From Vicugna vicugna (lineage: Eukaryota): 64,000 nt of DNA. Position numbers and translations under genes: made by a program. The stretch is from assembly GCA_013265495.1 (NCBI GenBank), contig MU058221.1:5688066-5752065 (forward strand), given 5' to 3'. The notes beneath the pieces were generated by a model. It saw only the letters and a list, made by a program, of their open reading frames with translations, made no database searches and had not been told where the DNA came from. Below, piece after piece: positions 1-13,084 of the stretch (the stretch's first letter is position 1; each line of letters opens with the position of its first letter).

Positions 1-931
1 AGAGTTTGGAGAGGTATACTGACGGAGTTGCTATCATTTCCATGCCATGCTTAAGCTACAGCTACTCTCCAGGGGAGGAATGGCTTTCTACAATACTCCT
101 GCTGCCACTGAGCCAAATCATCCAGCTTCGTGACACAAAGGTGCAGCGCTAAAGACTCATATGATCGTGGTATGAATGTGTCTTGAAGCTGTGGCCCTGG
201 ATTGGATAGTGGCAGAGAAACAGGTTTGAAATGTGCAAAGGCAAAATCTAGTCTGTGACTATTCATCCACTCATCGGGGATGTAAAACTATAAGTGAAGG
301 GTTCAGTTCTCATCAGTGTCTAGTCAAAGTGATTCTCTTCTCTCGGTAATATACTCAATAACATAGCATATACAATTATAAATGCACTGTATTTATTGTT
401 TACCTTTTTGATGGGAGTGACATGAACTAGAATGTATCAAGATTCCTACATTTATAGAGCACAAGCCTGTAGCAGTATTGCAAAAGGCAAGTAAATCTGT
501 GTGAAGTTATATATTATATGAACTCCTACTATAAATAAGCAACATTTCAATCAACAACACTTTTATTTCTTTTCCTTTGGGAGTCTGAACTAGGGAAATA
601 TTACCGTGTTTTATGTCTGAGAATGTTTTGCCTATGTTCTCTTCTAGGAGTTTTGTGGTGTCCTGCTTTATATTTAAGCCACAGACAAATTTAAAAGGTA
701 AATTTTGGAGTGGGAAAAAATCTAATATACATAGCAGACAAGAGATAGGAATCCTTAGACAAAGAACTCTTGCAAACCAGTAAAAGATGGCAAAGAAAAA
801 CTCCAATAGAAAAATAATAAGGAAAAAGAAAAGGCAATTCTCCAAAGAAGCAGCATAAATGGCTAATTAACAGATTAAATTCAATCTCACTGACCACGGT
901 AGGGAATACAAATTAAATGCAGTAAAATATG

Positions 932-1140
932 CAGGGGCATATTCAGGTTTACAAAGCCTCAAACTTAAAGAATTTGGGAGCTTGGTCCTCAAAACTGTGA
1001 ATGCAAAATTAAGTGTGAATGTAAATATTTATTAGAATGAGAGAAGAAATCATAGCAAATTACAACTTTTTAAAAGCTGAAAAGTATCACAAATGTCATT
1101 AAAGCCAGTTAAAACTAACATAGCATTTTTATTAAATGTC
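932..1140 (+). mobile_element. hAT-Blackjack/MER53-like DNA transposon fragment
   Basis: Resembles recalled consensus (caggg...caggttt...aatatttattagaatgagagaagaaatcatagcaaattac). Confidence 0.45.
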
Positions 1141-1785
1141 TAACTCTTCCATTTTTTTTCTTTTCCAGTTTTATTAGGTAGAATTATTACATTATTGCAT
1201 GTAAATACATATATACAATATACTGCACATATAATTTTTTTTTAGTTTATATATATGTACTGCAAAGACCCTATTTCTACATAAGGTCACATTCATAGAA
1301 ACTGAGGGTTAGGACTTCAAGATATATTTTGCAGGGGGGGGACACAATTAAACCCTCGACTACCACCATCTATGCTTATATCCAAATCTCTGACGCAATG
1401 CCGAGAGAGCAAAGCCCAGGACAGAACCTCAGCACACATTTCCAGTGGCCTCACCTGTGACAGTCTGGCGTCCTACTCCATACAACTGCAGTCTTGACAA
1501 TTCACATTTTATTTTATTTTATTTTATTTTATTTTATCTTATTAATTAATTAATTAATTAATTAATTTAATTGACAATTCACATTTTAAAAACTCTGTTT
1601 TCCCAAAAGAAGCTCCGCTTTTGCCTGTCTGCTGGAGGCAGAGGGGCAAGTCAGGGCAAGGTCCTTGAATCCCAACAGATAGTTAAAAATCGGAGAGGCA
1701 AAACCCAACACAGAGCCCAAAGGGCAGCTTGGGAGCGCAAGAATTAGGAGGCAGAGCTGGGCGCCTGGGAAGCTGATTTATAGGA

Positions 1786-1965
1786 ATAAAAACAACAAGG
1801 TCCTACTGTATAGCCCAGGAAACTATATTCAATCAATACCTTGTAATAACCCATAATGAAAAACAATGTGAAAAGGAATATATATCTATGCATAACTGAA
1901 TCACTATGCTATATACCAGAAATTAACACATTGTAAACTGACTATACTTCAATTTAAAAAAAATA
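1786..1965 (+). mobile_element. 5'-truncated cetartiodactyl L1 3' end
   Basis: acaacaaggtcctactgtatagcccaggaaactatattcaat...ttgtaaactgactatacttcaatttaaaaaaaa. Confidence 0.85.
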
Positions 1966-2264
1966 TATACATATATCAGCTAAAGCAGAAGGCAGGTCCC
2001 TGGCCTCTCTTCAAGCAAAGCTGGGTACCTACAGCTCCTTCACTTGCTTGGTGAGAGGGTATGGTCTGCTGACTTAAAGGTTCAGGCTGAGAGGCCATGA
2101 GCACAAGAAAACGCAAGGAGTCAGATATTAGCTCAGTACTAACTTGGGGTGAATTTCATGACCTTTACAAGCCTCAGCTTTTTCATCTATAAAATGGGGG
2201 TAATGACACATAATGAATTGTTCTTGTGAAAATTAAGTGTGATAACCTTAATGAAGTGGTTTAA

Positions 2265-2815
2265 AAAAAAGAAATTGGTTGCAAATTCTTTGACATGCCT
2301 CCTGGCAAGAGGCCTCCTTTTGACTCCGTGTGAGGATGTGAATGATTCAACCAATATTTTATAGTGGAAGTGAGGCCATATGGCTTCCAAGGCCAGGTCA
2401 TAAAAGATCATGTAGTTTCTACCTTATCTGCTACTCATTCTTGGAGCCACCAGGCTCATAAAAGAAGTGTGACTATCCTGAGATCACTATAAGGAAACCC
2501 AAGTCACAAGGAAAGGGCACCAGTAACTGCTCCAGTTGACAGTCTCAGCCAAGCCCAGCATTTGAATCATCCCAACCCAGGCACCGGACATATGAACCAA
2601 GAAGCCTCCAGATGACTCTAGCCTCTGGTCGTTAGAGTCATCCCCGGCCATGAAGTCTTCCCAGCTGAGTTTCCATATATAATGGATCAGAGACAAGCTA
2701 TCCCACGGTGCCCTGTCCAAATTCCTGACTCACAAAACATACAGAGGTAGTAGAATGGTGGTTGTTTTTTGCCATTAAGTTTGGGATCGTTTGTTATGTA
2801 GCAGTAGATAGATAG
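2265..2815 (+). mobile_element. MLT1 (MaLR) LTR, F/G/H-like
   Basis: ggcttccaaggccaggtcataaaag...cccagctgag...aaattcctgactcacaaaa...gccattaagtttggg...tgttatgtagcagtagata. Confidence 0.7.
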
Positions 2816-4070
2816 AGAAGTAGAATGCCATGTGAAGTTCCAAGCACAGCAGCAGAGTTGGGATTTGAACTTATCTCTCTGATTCTCCAGACCATGAACT
2901 TTCTACTTCACCGGTGGTTCCTAGGAACCAGCACCTGGCAATAATAGTGTTTTCAGTGAGAAAAATTGGGATAATATAGTGCATTTTTTTATAAAGCTAA
3001 TGTATTCCATTTAAAAGACCATCTGTTATTCTGAGATTGTATTTTATACCTTTGGGGTTCTCAATATGTCCTTTCTTTTATGACATAATGGTGGTAGCAG
3101 TTAGTGATTGTTATTTTATTAATGTCCTTCCTGGCAAAGTAAAAAACTACCAAACTATCATTCCTTTCAGCTTCTTGTTTTTAAAGCTTCACTGATGTTT
3201 GAAATTCAAAAGCCCAGAAGCCACCATTCTGCCCTGTTCCTTGAGTATCATGGGATCAGAGCTGGCTACACTGGAAATTATTGAACATTGTCGTAGGGTT
3301 TTCTGTGTTCTTTGGTGGCTCCCTCTGCCCTTACGGAACTAGCACATGTGTTGATTTATAATTTATACCCCACCTGTTTCCAAAAAGGATTCAAGGCAGC
3401 AAGACAGAGAACTCTGGCATACCGCCAGATTCTTACAACGGTTACTGAGTCAGATGGGGCCCTTCCCCAGACGCCGATAGAAAGTGGGTGGATGAGGGGT
3501 GACCTTGCGCTATCTATTGCGGGCAGGGCTGCCACATTGCCATCTGGCAGGGCTCGGCAGGGAAAGGCAGAGATTGAGACCAGGGCCCCTTGGCCCTCCT
3601 CCTGGCCCCCTCCAAGAGAGGGCTGGCAGTTGCAGCGTCTTCTGTTTCCTGGCAGGTGGCTCTTCAGATGTCCACGGTTAGGCTGTAAAGCTCTGACTTA
3701 GACAACACCTCTTCTCTTCAGGTGACTGACTGCTGTTTCCAGCCCTCCTTGTACATCACCAGCCAGGGTGGGATTCAAGAACTTCTTGGGCGGTTGGTGC
3801 AGCTGAGGAGTTAAGAGTCTGATCTCTGGAGGTACAGCGCCTGGACTGAACCCTCGTTCTGTCACTTACAAGGTATGTCGAGGCCTTGGGCAACTGCCTT
3901 ACCTTTCTGTGCCTCTGTTTCCTCATATGTAAAGTGGGGATAATAATAACAGCACACACTTCATAAGGTGGCTGAGAGAGGAAAGTTAATAAAGCACTTA
4001 AAATTCGGAAAGGCAACTTAAAATCACAATGAGATAGCCACCCCCCAAACCAGGAGAACGGCTAAGATTA

Positions 4071-4603
4071 AAAAGAGTGACAGTACCTGAAAAATTGTGC
4101 TCTTCACTGGAATTTGACACAACATTGTAAAATGATTGTAAGTCAGTGAAAAATGTTAAAAATAAATAAATAAATAAACAAAAACTAAAGGGAAAAAAAA
4201 AGTGACAGTACCTGAAAAATTATGCTCTTCACTGGAATTTGACACAACATTGTAAAATGATTGTAAGTCAATGAAAAATGTTAAAAAATAAATAAATAAA
4301 TAAATGAATAAATAAATAAATNNNNNNNNNNNNNNNNNNNNNNNNNNNNNNNNNNNNNNNNNNNNNNNNNNNNNNNNNNNNNNNNNNNNNNNNNNNNNNN
4401 NNNNNNNNNNNNNNNNNNNNNNNNNNNNNNNNNNNNNNNNNNNNNNNNAAAAAAAAAAGAGTGACAGTACCTGAAAAATTGTGCTCTACACTGGAATTTG
4501 ACACAACATTGTAAAATGATTGTAAGTCAATGAAAAATGTTAAAAATAAATAAATAAATAAAAATAAAAATTAAAGGAAAAAAAAAAAAAGAGTGACAGT
4601 ACC
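4071..4603 (+). repeat. Tandem array of ~125-132-bp units (TSD + young L1 3' end + A-rich tail)
   Basis: AGTGACAGTACC recurs at 4076, 4201, 4460 and 4592; the first three are followed by TGAAAAATT(G/A)TGCTCT(T/A)CACTGGAATTTGACACAACATTGTAAAATG and an A-rich tail. Confidence 0.9.
4322..4448. other. Assembly gap (127 N)
   Basis: Run of N inside a tandem repeat. Confidence 1.
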
Positions 4604-6819
4604 AAGTGCTGCTGAGCATGAGGAGCAAAGGGAACTCTTACACATTGTTGATGGGAATAAAAAAAGTGACACAACCACTTTGGAAAACAGGCTGGCAGTT
4701 TATAAAATGCCAAGTGATTTTTTTTTACATTCCATTTATAAAATGAAGTATACATACAAAGTGCATAAATAAGAAAAGATGCATAAGTCTTCACAAAAAA
4801 GAAATACACGTTCACCCAGTGGCCCAGTATATATTTGCTTTCTGGGTATTTGACTGAGGAGAAATAAAAACATACAATCTCACAAAGACTTGTACACAGA
4901 TGTTCATAGAAGCCTTGTTGGTAACAGCCAAAAAAGTAGACGTGTCAAACGGCCCCTCATCAGGTGAACAGATACACAGAACGTGATGTAACCATACAAT
5001 GAAATACTGCTTAGCAATTAAAAAAAAAAAAAACACGATCTACTGCCACATACAACAATATGGATGAATCTCAAAAAACTTTATGCTGAAAAATAAATAA
5101 AAAGAAATAAATAAAACCAGTAACACAAGAGTACATACTGTGTGATTCATTTATAGGAAACTCTAGGCAAGACAAATCTAATCTCGAGTGACAGAAAGAG
5201 GCTGATATTTGTGTGGGGTGGAGAGAGAAGATGGGGTAAAGCACAAGGAAATTTTTAGGGTGATGGAAGTGTTCTCTCTCTAAATATATTGTGATGGAAG
5301 CTGCATAGTGTATACATTTTAAAAAATTCAACCAACCATACAGTTAAAATATAAGAATTATTACATGGGAATTATAGCTCAATAAATTGGTTTTTAAGAA
5401 TCCCTCTGTTTGTATATGATATGATTCTCCAGCTGAAACTGGGGCTAAACAATATCTTTGGGATTCTGTAGAGAAGACACAAATGTGAAATGGAGGAATA
5501 AACTACTATTTAATATTTGCAAGAAGTTGTTCTGTTCTAGACTAGAAACTGCACACAGGCAGGGTTCTTGATTGGTTTTACTCTGTGACGGCTGCCAAAC
5601 AATCATCCGTGTAGAATTTGATACTAGATTGGAACCCAATAAACATGTATTGAAAGAATGAACCTTTTGAGGCATCCTGCTTCCTTGACTTGATAAAAAT
5701 GGCCAGGATAGGCTCTTAAGGTTCCTAAAGGTAAAGCAAGCGCTCATGCACTGTTCTTGGGGAAGATGCAGGACCCATGCATTGAGGACCCTGGTTGGGA
5801 ATGTGAAATTGTTGCATGCTCTTGTATCCTGTAACTGCTTGAAATATCCAGCTTTCTCTCTGTACCTCTGTGTATCTTTTATTTTAAGGTGTGGGTGTGA
5901 ATAAATGTTATTTGACGTGAATGAATCTCGAAGACACTCTCTGTGAGAGGTTGCCTCTTACTGCGGTGATGGGGGTGGGGTTTTGGCTTGGTTTGGTTTG
6001 GGGAAGGGTGTTGCTTTCAGGGTCTGCAGAATGGAGGTGACAAGAGGAAGGGCCTGATTTAATGAGAGACTGTAGGGGACCCTAGACACAAGCTGGGCTG
6101 CTTTGGGACCAAGGTGAAAAAGTATGGTGTTGGGGATGGAGGAAATGGCATCCTTGACCTCTTTAGACAGAAACTGGATCGATTTGGTACAGGGACAAAT
6201 GAGCTGGGAGCCCGGGAGGCAGCTTGTGATCATGGCAGTGGCCATGGAGACACTGCCTCAGGTCTTTGAAACAGAAAAAGAAGGACGTGGCACATGCTGT
6301 ATGGGAACATTAGTGGTCAGAGAGGTTGTGGGCTCATGTGAGACACTCCTTTGGGGACCCCAGAGATAAGCAGGGAGATACCTTGTGGAAGTGGGAAGTT
6401 CTGAGGATCAATAATCAAGCAGTGGTGGGGGGAGGGGCTTGAGCTATTGTTTATTAAATATTAAAATTAATGAGAATCCAATAACCAATACTATATATTA
6501 TTTATGGACAAACACACATAGAGTAAAAGCAGGAATGAGAAATACCAAATATGAGAGCCTGATTACTTCTGAGTAGAGGATGGAGTGGGATGAGATCAGA
6601 TAGAAGTGCACAGTGTGTATCAGTCAGAGAAGCAAAACATCTGCAAGATATCTACCCACCTCTGTCTTGCTGTCTGTCTGTCTATCTATCTATCCATCTG
6701 TCTATCTGTCTATCTCTCCATCTACCTACCCACCTAACAATTTCTATATGCTCTTTGTTATGGGATCTGATCTTATGCATTTGTGGGGGCTGGTGAAACA
6801 TTCTCTGGAAGCTCTGATT

Positions 6820-7012
6820 CCGAGCTTTGTCCCTCCACCATGGGAGGACACAGCAAGAGGGTAGCTGGCTGCAAACCAGGAAGAGAGCTCTCACCAGGAA
6901 CCAAACCAGCCGGCACATTAAACTTGGACTTCCCAGCCTCCGGAACTGTGAGAAATAAGTTCCTGTTCTTTAAGTCACCCAATCTATAGTATTTTTGTTA
7001 TAGTGGCCCAGT
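6820..7012 (+). mobile_element. MLT1A-like LTR, 3' part
   Basis: gaggacacagcaagagg...ttggacttcccagcctccggaactgtgagaaataagttcctgttctttaagtcaccc. Confidence 0.75.
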
Positions 7013-7064
7013 CTTCAAAGTCTTCCAGGTTAAGAGCCCAGCATTTAAAAAGGGCTACCTGAGA

Positions 7065-7223
7065 GGGGGGATGGCATAGCTCAAGTGGTATAGTGCTTGT
7101 TTAACATCCACAAGGTCCTGGGTTCAATTCCCAGTACTTCTTCTAAAAATAAACAAGTAAACCTAATTATCCCCTCACAAAAAATTTTTTAAAAATAGAT
7201 AAACAATTTTTTTTAAATAAAAT
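7065..7223 (+). mobile_element. tRNA-derived SINE (camelid Vic-1-like)
   Basis: Pol III A box tagctcaagtgg and B box ggttcaattcc; A-rich tail; TSD taaaaagggcta(c/t)ctg on both sides. Confidence 0.85.
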
Positions 7224-7897
7224 AAAAAGGGGCTATCTGGAGACAAAAACTTCAACTCAGACATGTAAGGAAGCTCTCTGAATGTAACAGCTCCATAGGA
7301 CCCCTGAGGCATCTGAACTCATCCCACACAAGTTTAGCTGCTAGCACAAATGCCTGGCAAGGTACATGCTGGAGAAGCAATGCAGATTAACCTATGTGGA
7401 CTGTGGATCAGAATTTTCGGAGTTCTGCCTGCCCAACAAGTGAGCCGTTGACCTTGGAACAAATCACAACCTGTTTGAGCTTCAGGTTTTTATTTCCCGC
7501 CAGGAAAGAGAGGGAAATTATCTTTGCCCCACTTACCTGGTAAGGTTGTGTGAGGTTCAAATGAAACTGCTCTGTAATGTCCTTAATAGGATTCTCATTA
7601 TTTCCACAAGAGGTCTATTCATTCCTAGAGTGGAAAGGAAGACAAGATCACAGACAGACATGAAGGTGTGCCAGGACCAACTGTTCCCATCAAAGGCTTT
7701 CTGACCCCACTGGGGACCCCATATGCTACGACATACTCACCAACAGCCAACTACAGATGTGGGAAGCCCCAGCTACTGGTTCTTGGAGATGGAAACCCTG
7801 ATACCCTCACAGCCCAGACCCCCAGACCACCCCACAGCTCAGACAGCCCCTCAAGAGTGCTTTCTTTTCCTTCGTAACTTCGTAACTTAACAAGCCT

Positions 7898-8533
7898 CAG
7901 TCAAGCCTCAGTATTTGCAGGTTCCACATTTGTGAATTCACCTACTTGCTAAAATGTCTTTGCAACTCCAAAATCGGTACATGCAGCAGTTTCAAGGTTA
8001 TTTGCAGACATGCACTGAGTAGCCAAAAATTTGAGTCACCCTATGCACACATTTCCAGTCGAGGTCAAACAAAGCAGAGCTTTGCCTTCTTGTTTTAGTT
8101 CTCCTGTGATACACTTGTCCTTTCTGGGGTCTGTTTAGTGCCATTTTATTTGCTGAGTCATTGTGCTTTTTGTTGGTGATTTCACTGTTTCATTTGGCCC
8201 CCAAGCATAGTGCTTCAGCGCTGTCCAGTGATCCTTTAGGGTGTGCCTCACAGTGGAAATACATGTATTAGATAAGTTTTGTTCAGGCAGAAGTTCTAGC
8301 ACTTTCGCTGGGTGAGTTTAATGTCAATGAATCAGCAGTGTTTATTGAATAAGGTGTCTTTCAACAGAAACACACGTAAACAAAGTTACGTATTGATTGG
8401 TTGTTGGAAATCTTGTGATCAAACCTCACAGGAATCTAACCCTGTATTTCCCCTAGGAGCAATGGTTCAGTATTTGCTAATTCAGTGTTTGTGGTGACTT
8501 TATAGAACTATCGCAGATAAAGAAAATGGACTG
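7898..8533 (+). mobile_element. Tigger-derived MITE (MER82-like)
   Basis: CAGTC...GACTG imperfect terminal inverted repeats followed by TA; about 640 bp; homologous to 44483-45086. Confidence 0.8.
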
Positions 8534-9094
8534 TATTTTGTTCATTTATTTTATTTCCTGTCTGTCTTCCCCACTACAATGAAAGTGCACAAGGGCAGAG
8601 ATTTTTGTCTTTTTTAAAATTCAATCTGTTTGTTCATTGCTGCATCCTTGGTACCCAGAATGGCGCCTAGCACAAGGTAGGCACACCATGAAAATATGCA
8701 GAATGAGTTAATGGGAAGGGGAAGAGGTGGATGTTAATGTTGCTTCCCCCACTGCTGGCTCCCTCTCGATGGCACACGATGTAGCAGCATCCACCCAGCA
8801 CTTATCCTAGCTGTGCTCAGTGTCAGAAAGACCCTTTTCTTATCACCCTGGACCCTCACACATCTTATAAGACCCTGTCTGGAACAAACCTAATCATTCC
8901 CTGCTTTGTTTCTCCTGAAGTCTTGTTTGCACTTAGCAGAGGCAGTGAAATGCCTTGTATTTGATTATAAATCTTTTAATCCCAGCAGACTGGGAGATAC
9001 AAGAGAACATAGATCTGGCTTATTTATCCATGGTTTTGGCTCCTTGGCTCATGGCCGTATGGTAGACATGCGGCAGGTGTTACCGATAAGCTAT

Positions 9095-9130
9095 TGAATG
9101 AATGAATGAATGAATGAATGAATGAATGAA
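9095..9130 (+). repeat. (TGAA)n, tail of an L2 3' end
   Basis: Direct reading; preceded by L2-like 3' sequence. Confidence 0.85.
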
Positions 9131-9505
9131 AACACTAGACAAACTCCCAGATTATGCCTACTTTACCAGGTTGTATTTCCCCACCCAAATCAACCCCATT
9201 TAGCCCTGTCTAACTCTACCTCTCTGATATTTGTGTCTGCATGGAGGTGGCAACCCCAGAGGGCTGAAGGCAGAGGGTGCAGCAGCCCCAGACTTGCATC
9301 CCCCTAGGCTGGCAGCACCAGAAGACGGAGAATCTCTCTTCCCCCAGGTGTACATACCAAACCACAGCAGACAAGGGGCTGATTCCTCTTCTCTCCCCAT
9401 CCCCAGCTTCTACACAACCTCTTTGGCTTCCTGACATCTTTCAAGAGCGTCAACAGTCTCCTTGGTAACCATCTAAGGAGTTCATTTACTGCTCCATAAA
9501 GCTGG

Positions 9506-9865
9506 TGCTATAGACTGAATGTTCGTGTCCTCCCCTCCCCCAAAAAGCATATATTGGAACTAGTCCCCAGTGTGTTGGTATTTGGAGGTGGGGCCTTTGC
9601 GGGGTGATTAGGTCATGAGGGTGGAGTCCTCATGAATGGGATTAGTGCCCTCAAAAAAAGCTCCCTCACCTCACCCCTTCTACCACATGAGGACACAGCA
9701 GAATGACTGCCGACTATGAACTAAGAAGTGGGTTCTTACTAGACCTGGAATCTGCCAGCATCTTGATCTTGGACTTCCCAGCCACCAGAACTATGAGAAA
9801 TAAATGCTGGTTGGTTAATGCCAATCCATGGCATTTTATTGTAGCAACTCGAATGGACTAAGACA
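9506..9865 (+). mobile_element. Complete solo MLT1A-type LTR
   Basis: TG...CA termini with a perfect 5-bp TSD GCTGG (9501-9505, 9866-9870); MLT1A motifs ggtggggcctttg, gattaggtcatgagggtggag. Confidence 0.9.
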
Positions 9866-12639
9866 GCTGGGCTGGACAAGCCCCGAGCCCAGCTCACTGC
9901 ACATCCCTGTTTTCCCAAGGGTCCAGCGTCCTCTGGGCGAGGACCTAGAGAGAGTTGATTAGATTTCAGGGTAATGTCCTACTGAGAAATGCAAAGGAAG
10001 TTCAGACTTCCCTGCAATGCCATTGTTCCAGAAGACCTGGCTAACAAGTCCGGAAAAACAAGTAGCTCTCATTCCGCACGTGAGAATTGTGTAAATGTTG
10101 TGAGCAGAGAAATTGCCAGGAGAAGCCTGGTTCATCCACCTGACTTCAGGAAACATAAAATTTAGGCTGCCCAGGAAAGAAAAGTCCATCTCAACAATAG
10201 CAACAATAATGATGATGATGAACTGTGGCTTTTGAAACTTCACTTTCTTATCCACAAAATGGTGCTCTCCCACAGGGTTGTCTGCAAGATAAAAACAAAT
10301 TAAATGAAGTAACATATATGAAGTTGGTAGCAAGTACCAGAGCGAACACAAAGGAAGCACTTCCTAAGTTTATGCTGCTTCCTTGCCACAACCAGTCTCT
10401 ATCCCACCGAACTGGAGAATGAGAGCCACAGATGGTAACTGAAAGGAACACACACACACACACACACACTTATCCTGGATATTTACATGCTTTACAGTAG
10501 ATGACCAGGCTCTATTATTTTAACAAAATGTATGTTTGCTTTTATACTTTAATTGATTCGGTTGAGAACAGTCACTTCAAATATAAGATCAGCATTAATA
10601 CTTCGACCTAGCTGAGTGTGTCAAACGTGAAATTCTGGCTTTTACGATTTGCCTAAATTTTTAAGTTTGCTGTCTTTGATTGGTAGACCAGAGAGTTTTT
10701 TTGGTTTTTCTTCCTAGTTATTTTAATTCAGAATTAATTAAAGCCTTTTCTTTTTCTCTCCAGGCAGAGGCAGGTTCTGTGAAAGCTGGGTGAGTTGCTA
10801 CCATAAACTCTAATTAATCCGCCCAGGGCCGCGCTGTTGTTATGAGCCCAGGCCAGCCACGGGCACAGGAGAGTGATGCTTGTGGGACACTTGGATATGG
10901 AGGTGGGAAGCATTTAAACTGAGAGGCAGGGCCACAAGAAAGGGCCCAGAAAAGGCCACTTTGTCTGTTCTTAACTGTTGAGCTCATTAAAGTGGATTAC
11001 CCCCAAATGACAAACTCAGTCGTGCTACAGGCACCCTTCAGAAGTCCGCTTGCATTTCCCCGTGGAAACTGCTGAGCTGCTGTTCAGTCCAGAACACCAC
11101 CGCCTTCTCTGATCAGCCTACAAAGCTGCTGAGGGTTCCAGCCTGAATTCTGGAGCCCAGGAGAAGGGAGCCTTCCGTGTGGGAGGAGGCGGGGAGGTGG
11201 TCCTGATGCAATGTTTTCCTTTTCCAGGGTACAGGTTGCTGCTGTTGACCCCAGAGAGTCTGTGTAAATATTGTTTTATGCCCACATCTGCACATCGTTC
11301 TGGGAAGGGGACCCAGATCTTTCATGAGACTCTCAGAGCTGTCACTACACCACCACCTGCCCCCTCCCCCGCAAAGGTTAGAAATCTGTGTCTTAGTTCA
11401 GAACTTGGACGGTCTGGTTCCCTCTCACCTTCTGCTCTGCTTCTCCTGAGACTCTCCTCATGGCCACACACTCTCTATCAGGAGGTCGGGGATCCTCAGG
11501 TGTCCCCTAGAGTGCCTATGACAAAGCTGGCTCTGCAGAGCCTGCATACCAGCCACTCCCTCCGCTCTGCCCCAAGCTCTCCCCCAAGGCCCAGCTCCTT
11601 AGCTCAGTCTCAGTCTCCCCAGCCCTGGAAGGGGTGGCAGGTGGCAGAGGAAAGCTTAGTGACTGCCCCGTTGCAACTTGACCTCGGTTAATCTTCCTCC
11701 TGGTTAGTCAGGAGTCTGCTGATTCACACGTCCACTGACATTGTTTCTTCTTCCTGGACAGGCCCTTCTATCTGCAGGAAAGTCTCCCTTGACCTCCAGG
11801 TTGGAGCCGTGCTCTGGGCCCTTACACGCCCTCTGAGCTCCTGGACGGCTCCTCCATTGTCCATCCCCACTGACAACTTTGCATTTGTGATATTGGTGAG
11901 CATCCTGGAGTAGGGACAACTGGTATCCCAAACAGCCTCATTGGCTCCCTGGTGCCCGCTCATAGTAGGTACCCACTTTGTTGGATGAAGGACTGACTAT
12001 GTGCTAAGGGTGGGGTACCGTTTTCTTTCACGTCCCTAAATTGAGACTGCAGTCTGACAAATATAAACATGCCTATCTGGATAATGGGGTGGAATATTTG
12101 AAATGGGGATTGTCTCAGAAAACATGAGAAGCAGAGAGTTACAAACTTCAAACATTCAAGCAGCATCTCAAAAACCCAGGATTTTCAAATCTTTCAAGCC
12201 AACACTGCCCTCTCTAAATTTTATCCAAATCCTGTACCTCAGTGAATTTAAACAGTTTCCCTCCAGATCTGGCTTTGGTGAACCTTTACAAATATCCCTC
12301 AACACCATCTGGCATTTTCTTAAAGATCATTGGGAGGCCTTCCTGTCAGCACTGTAAGATTGTGCAGAAATGTCTGAAGTGAGGGCCAAGTTGGTCAGAT
12401 TATACTGTTTTTTTCCATTCATCCCTAGTACCACTCTGCCCTTCCTCAGTGGATGATAGAATTAGATCGATTCAAACCCAATGTTCTAGCTTAGCAAAGA
12501 TGCCCCAATTAAAAAAGGAGTCTGTCTGTATTTCTTTGACTCTAAGTGCCATTTCAGCTTTGCAGACTGTGTAATCCTGTCTCCGTGAGGGACCAGGACC
12601 ACAGCCTGGGAACAGCAGCAACTCCACTGGTGAGTTGGG

Positions 12640-13084
12640 GAGGTGAGGGGGTGCAGTAATGTTCCCCAGATTTTATATCCACCCAGGACCTCAGAATGTG
12701 GCCTGATTTGGAAACAGGGTCTTGTAGATATAAGCAGTTAAGAGGAGGTTATACTGGATTAGGCTGGACCCTAATTCCAGTGGCTGCTGTCCTTAGGTGA
12801 AGAGGAGACACACAGACACAAACAGGGAAGGCCTTATTTATGATGGAGGTGAGGACTGAAGTCATGCATCTATAAGGCAAGGAACCCAAGGGCCGCCGGC
12901 CACCATCAGCAGCTAGAACAGGGGCATGCTCAGATGCTCCCTCAGCATCCCCGTACAGAACCAATCCTGCCGACGCCTTGATTTCAGACTTCTGGCCTCC
13001 AGAACCGTGAGAGAATAAATACATGTTGTTTGAAGCCACCCAGTTTGTGGGAATGTGTTACGGCTGTTCTAGGAACCTAAAACA
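12640..13084 (+). mobile_element. MLT1B/C-type LTR
   Basis: cctcagaatgtggcctgatttggaaacagggtc...ttgatttcagacttctggcctccagaaccgtgagagaataaat...ggaacctaaaaca. Confidence 0.85.

Larger units (their letters stand above)
4010..5400 (+). mobile_element. Old L1 3' region (L1MB/MC/ME-like), host of the tandem array
   Basis: Typical old-L1 motifs: aaatcacaatgagat, caaccactttggaaaacag, tggatgaatctcaaaaa, tattgtgatgg, ctcaataaa. Confidence 0.75.

Noticed and set aside
4071..4603. Regularly spaced direct repeats resembling a CRISPR array
   Set aside because: The DNA is eukaryotic, the 'spacers' are near-identical L1 tails rather than unique sequences, and there are no cas genes.
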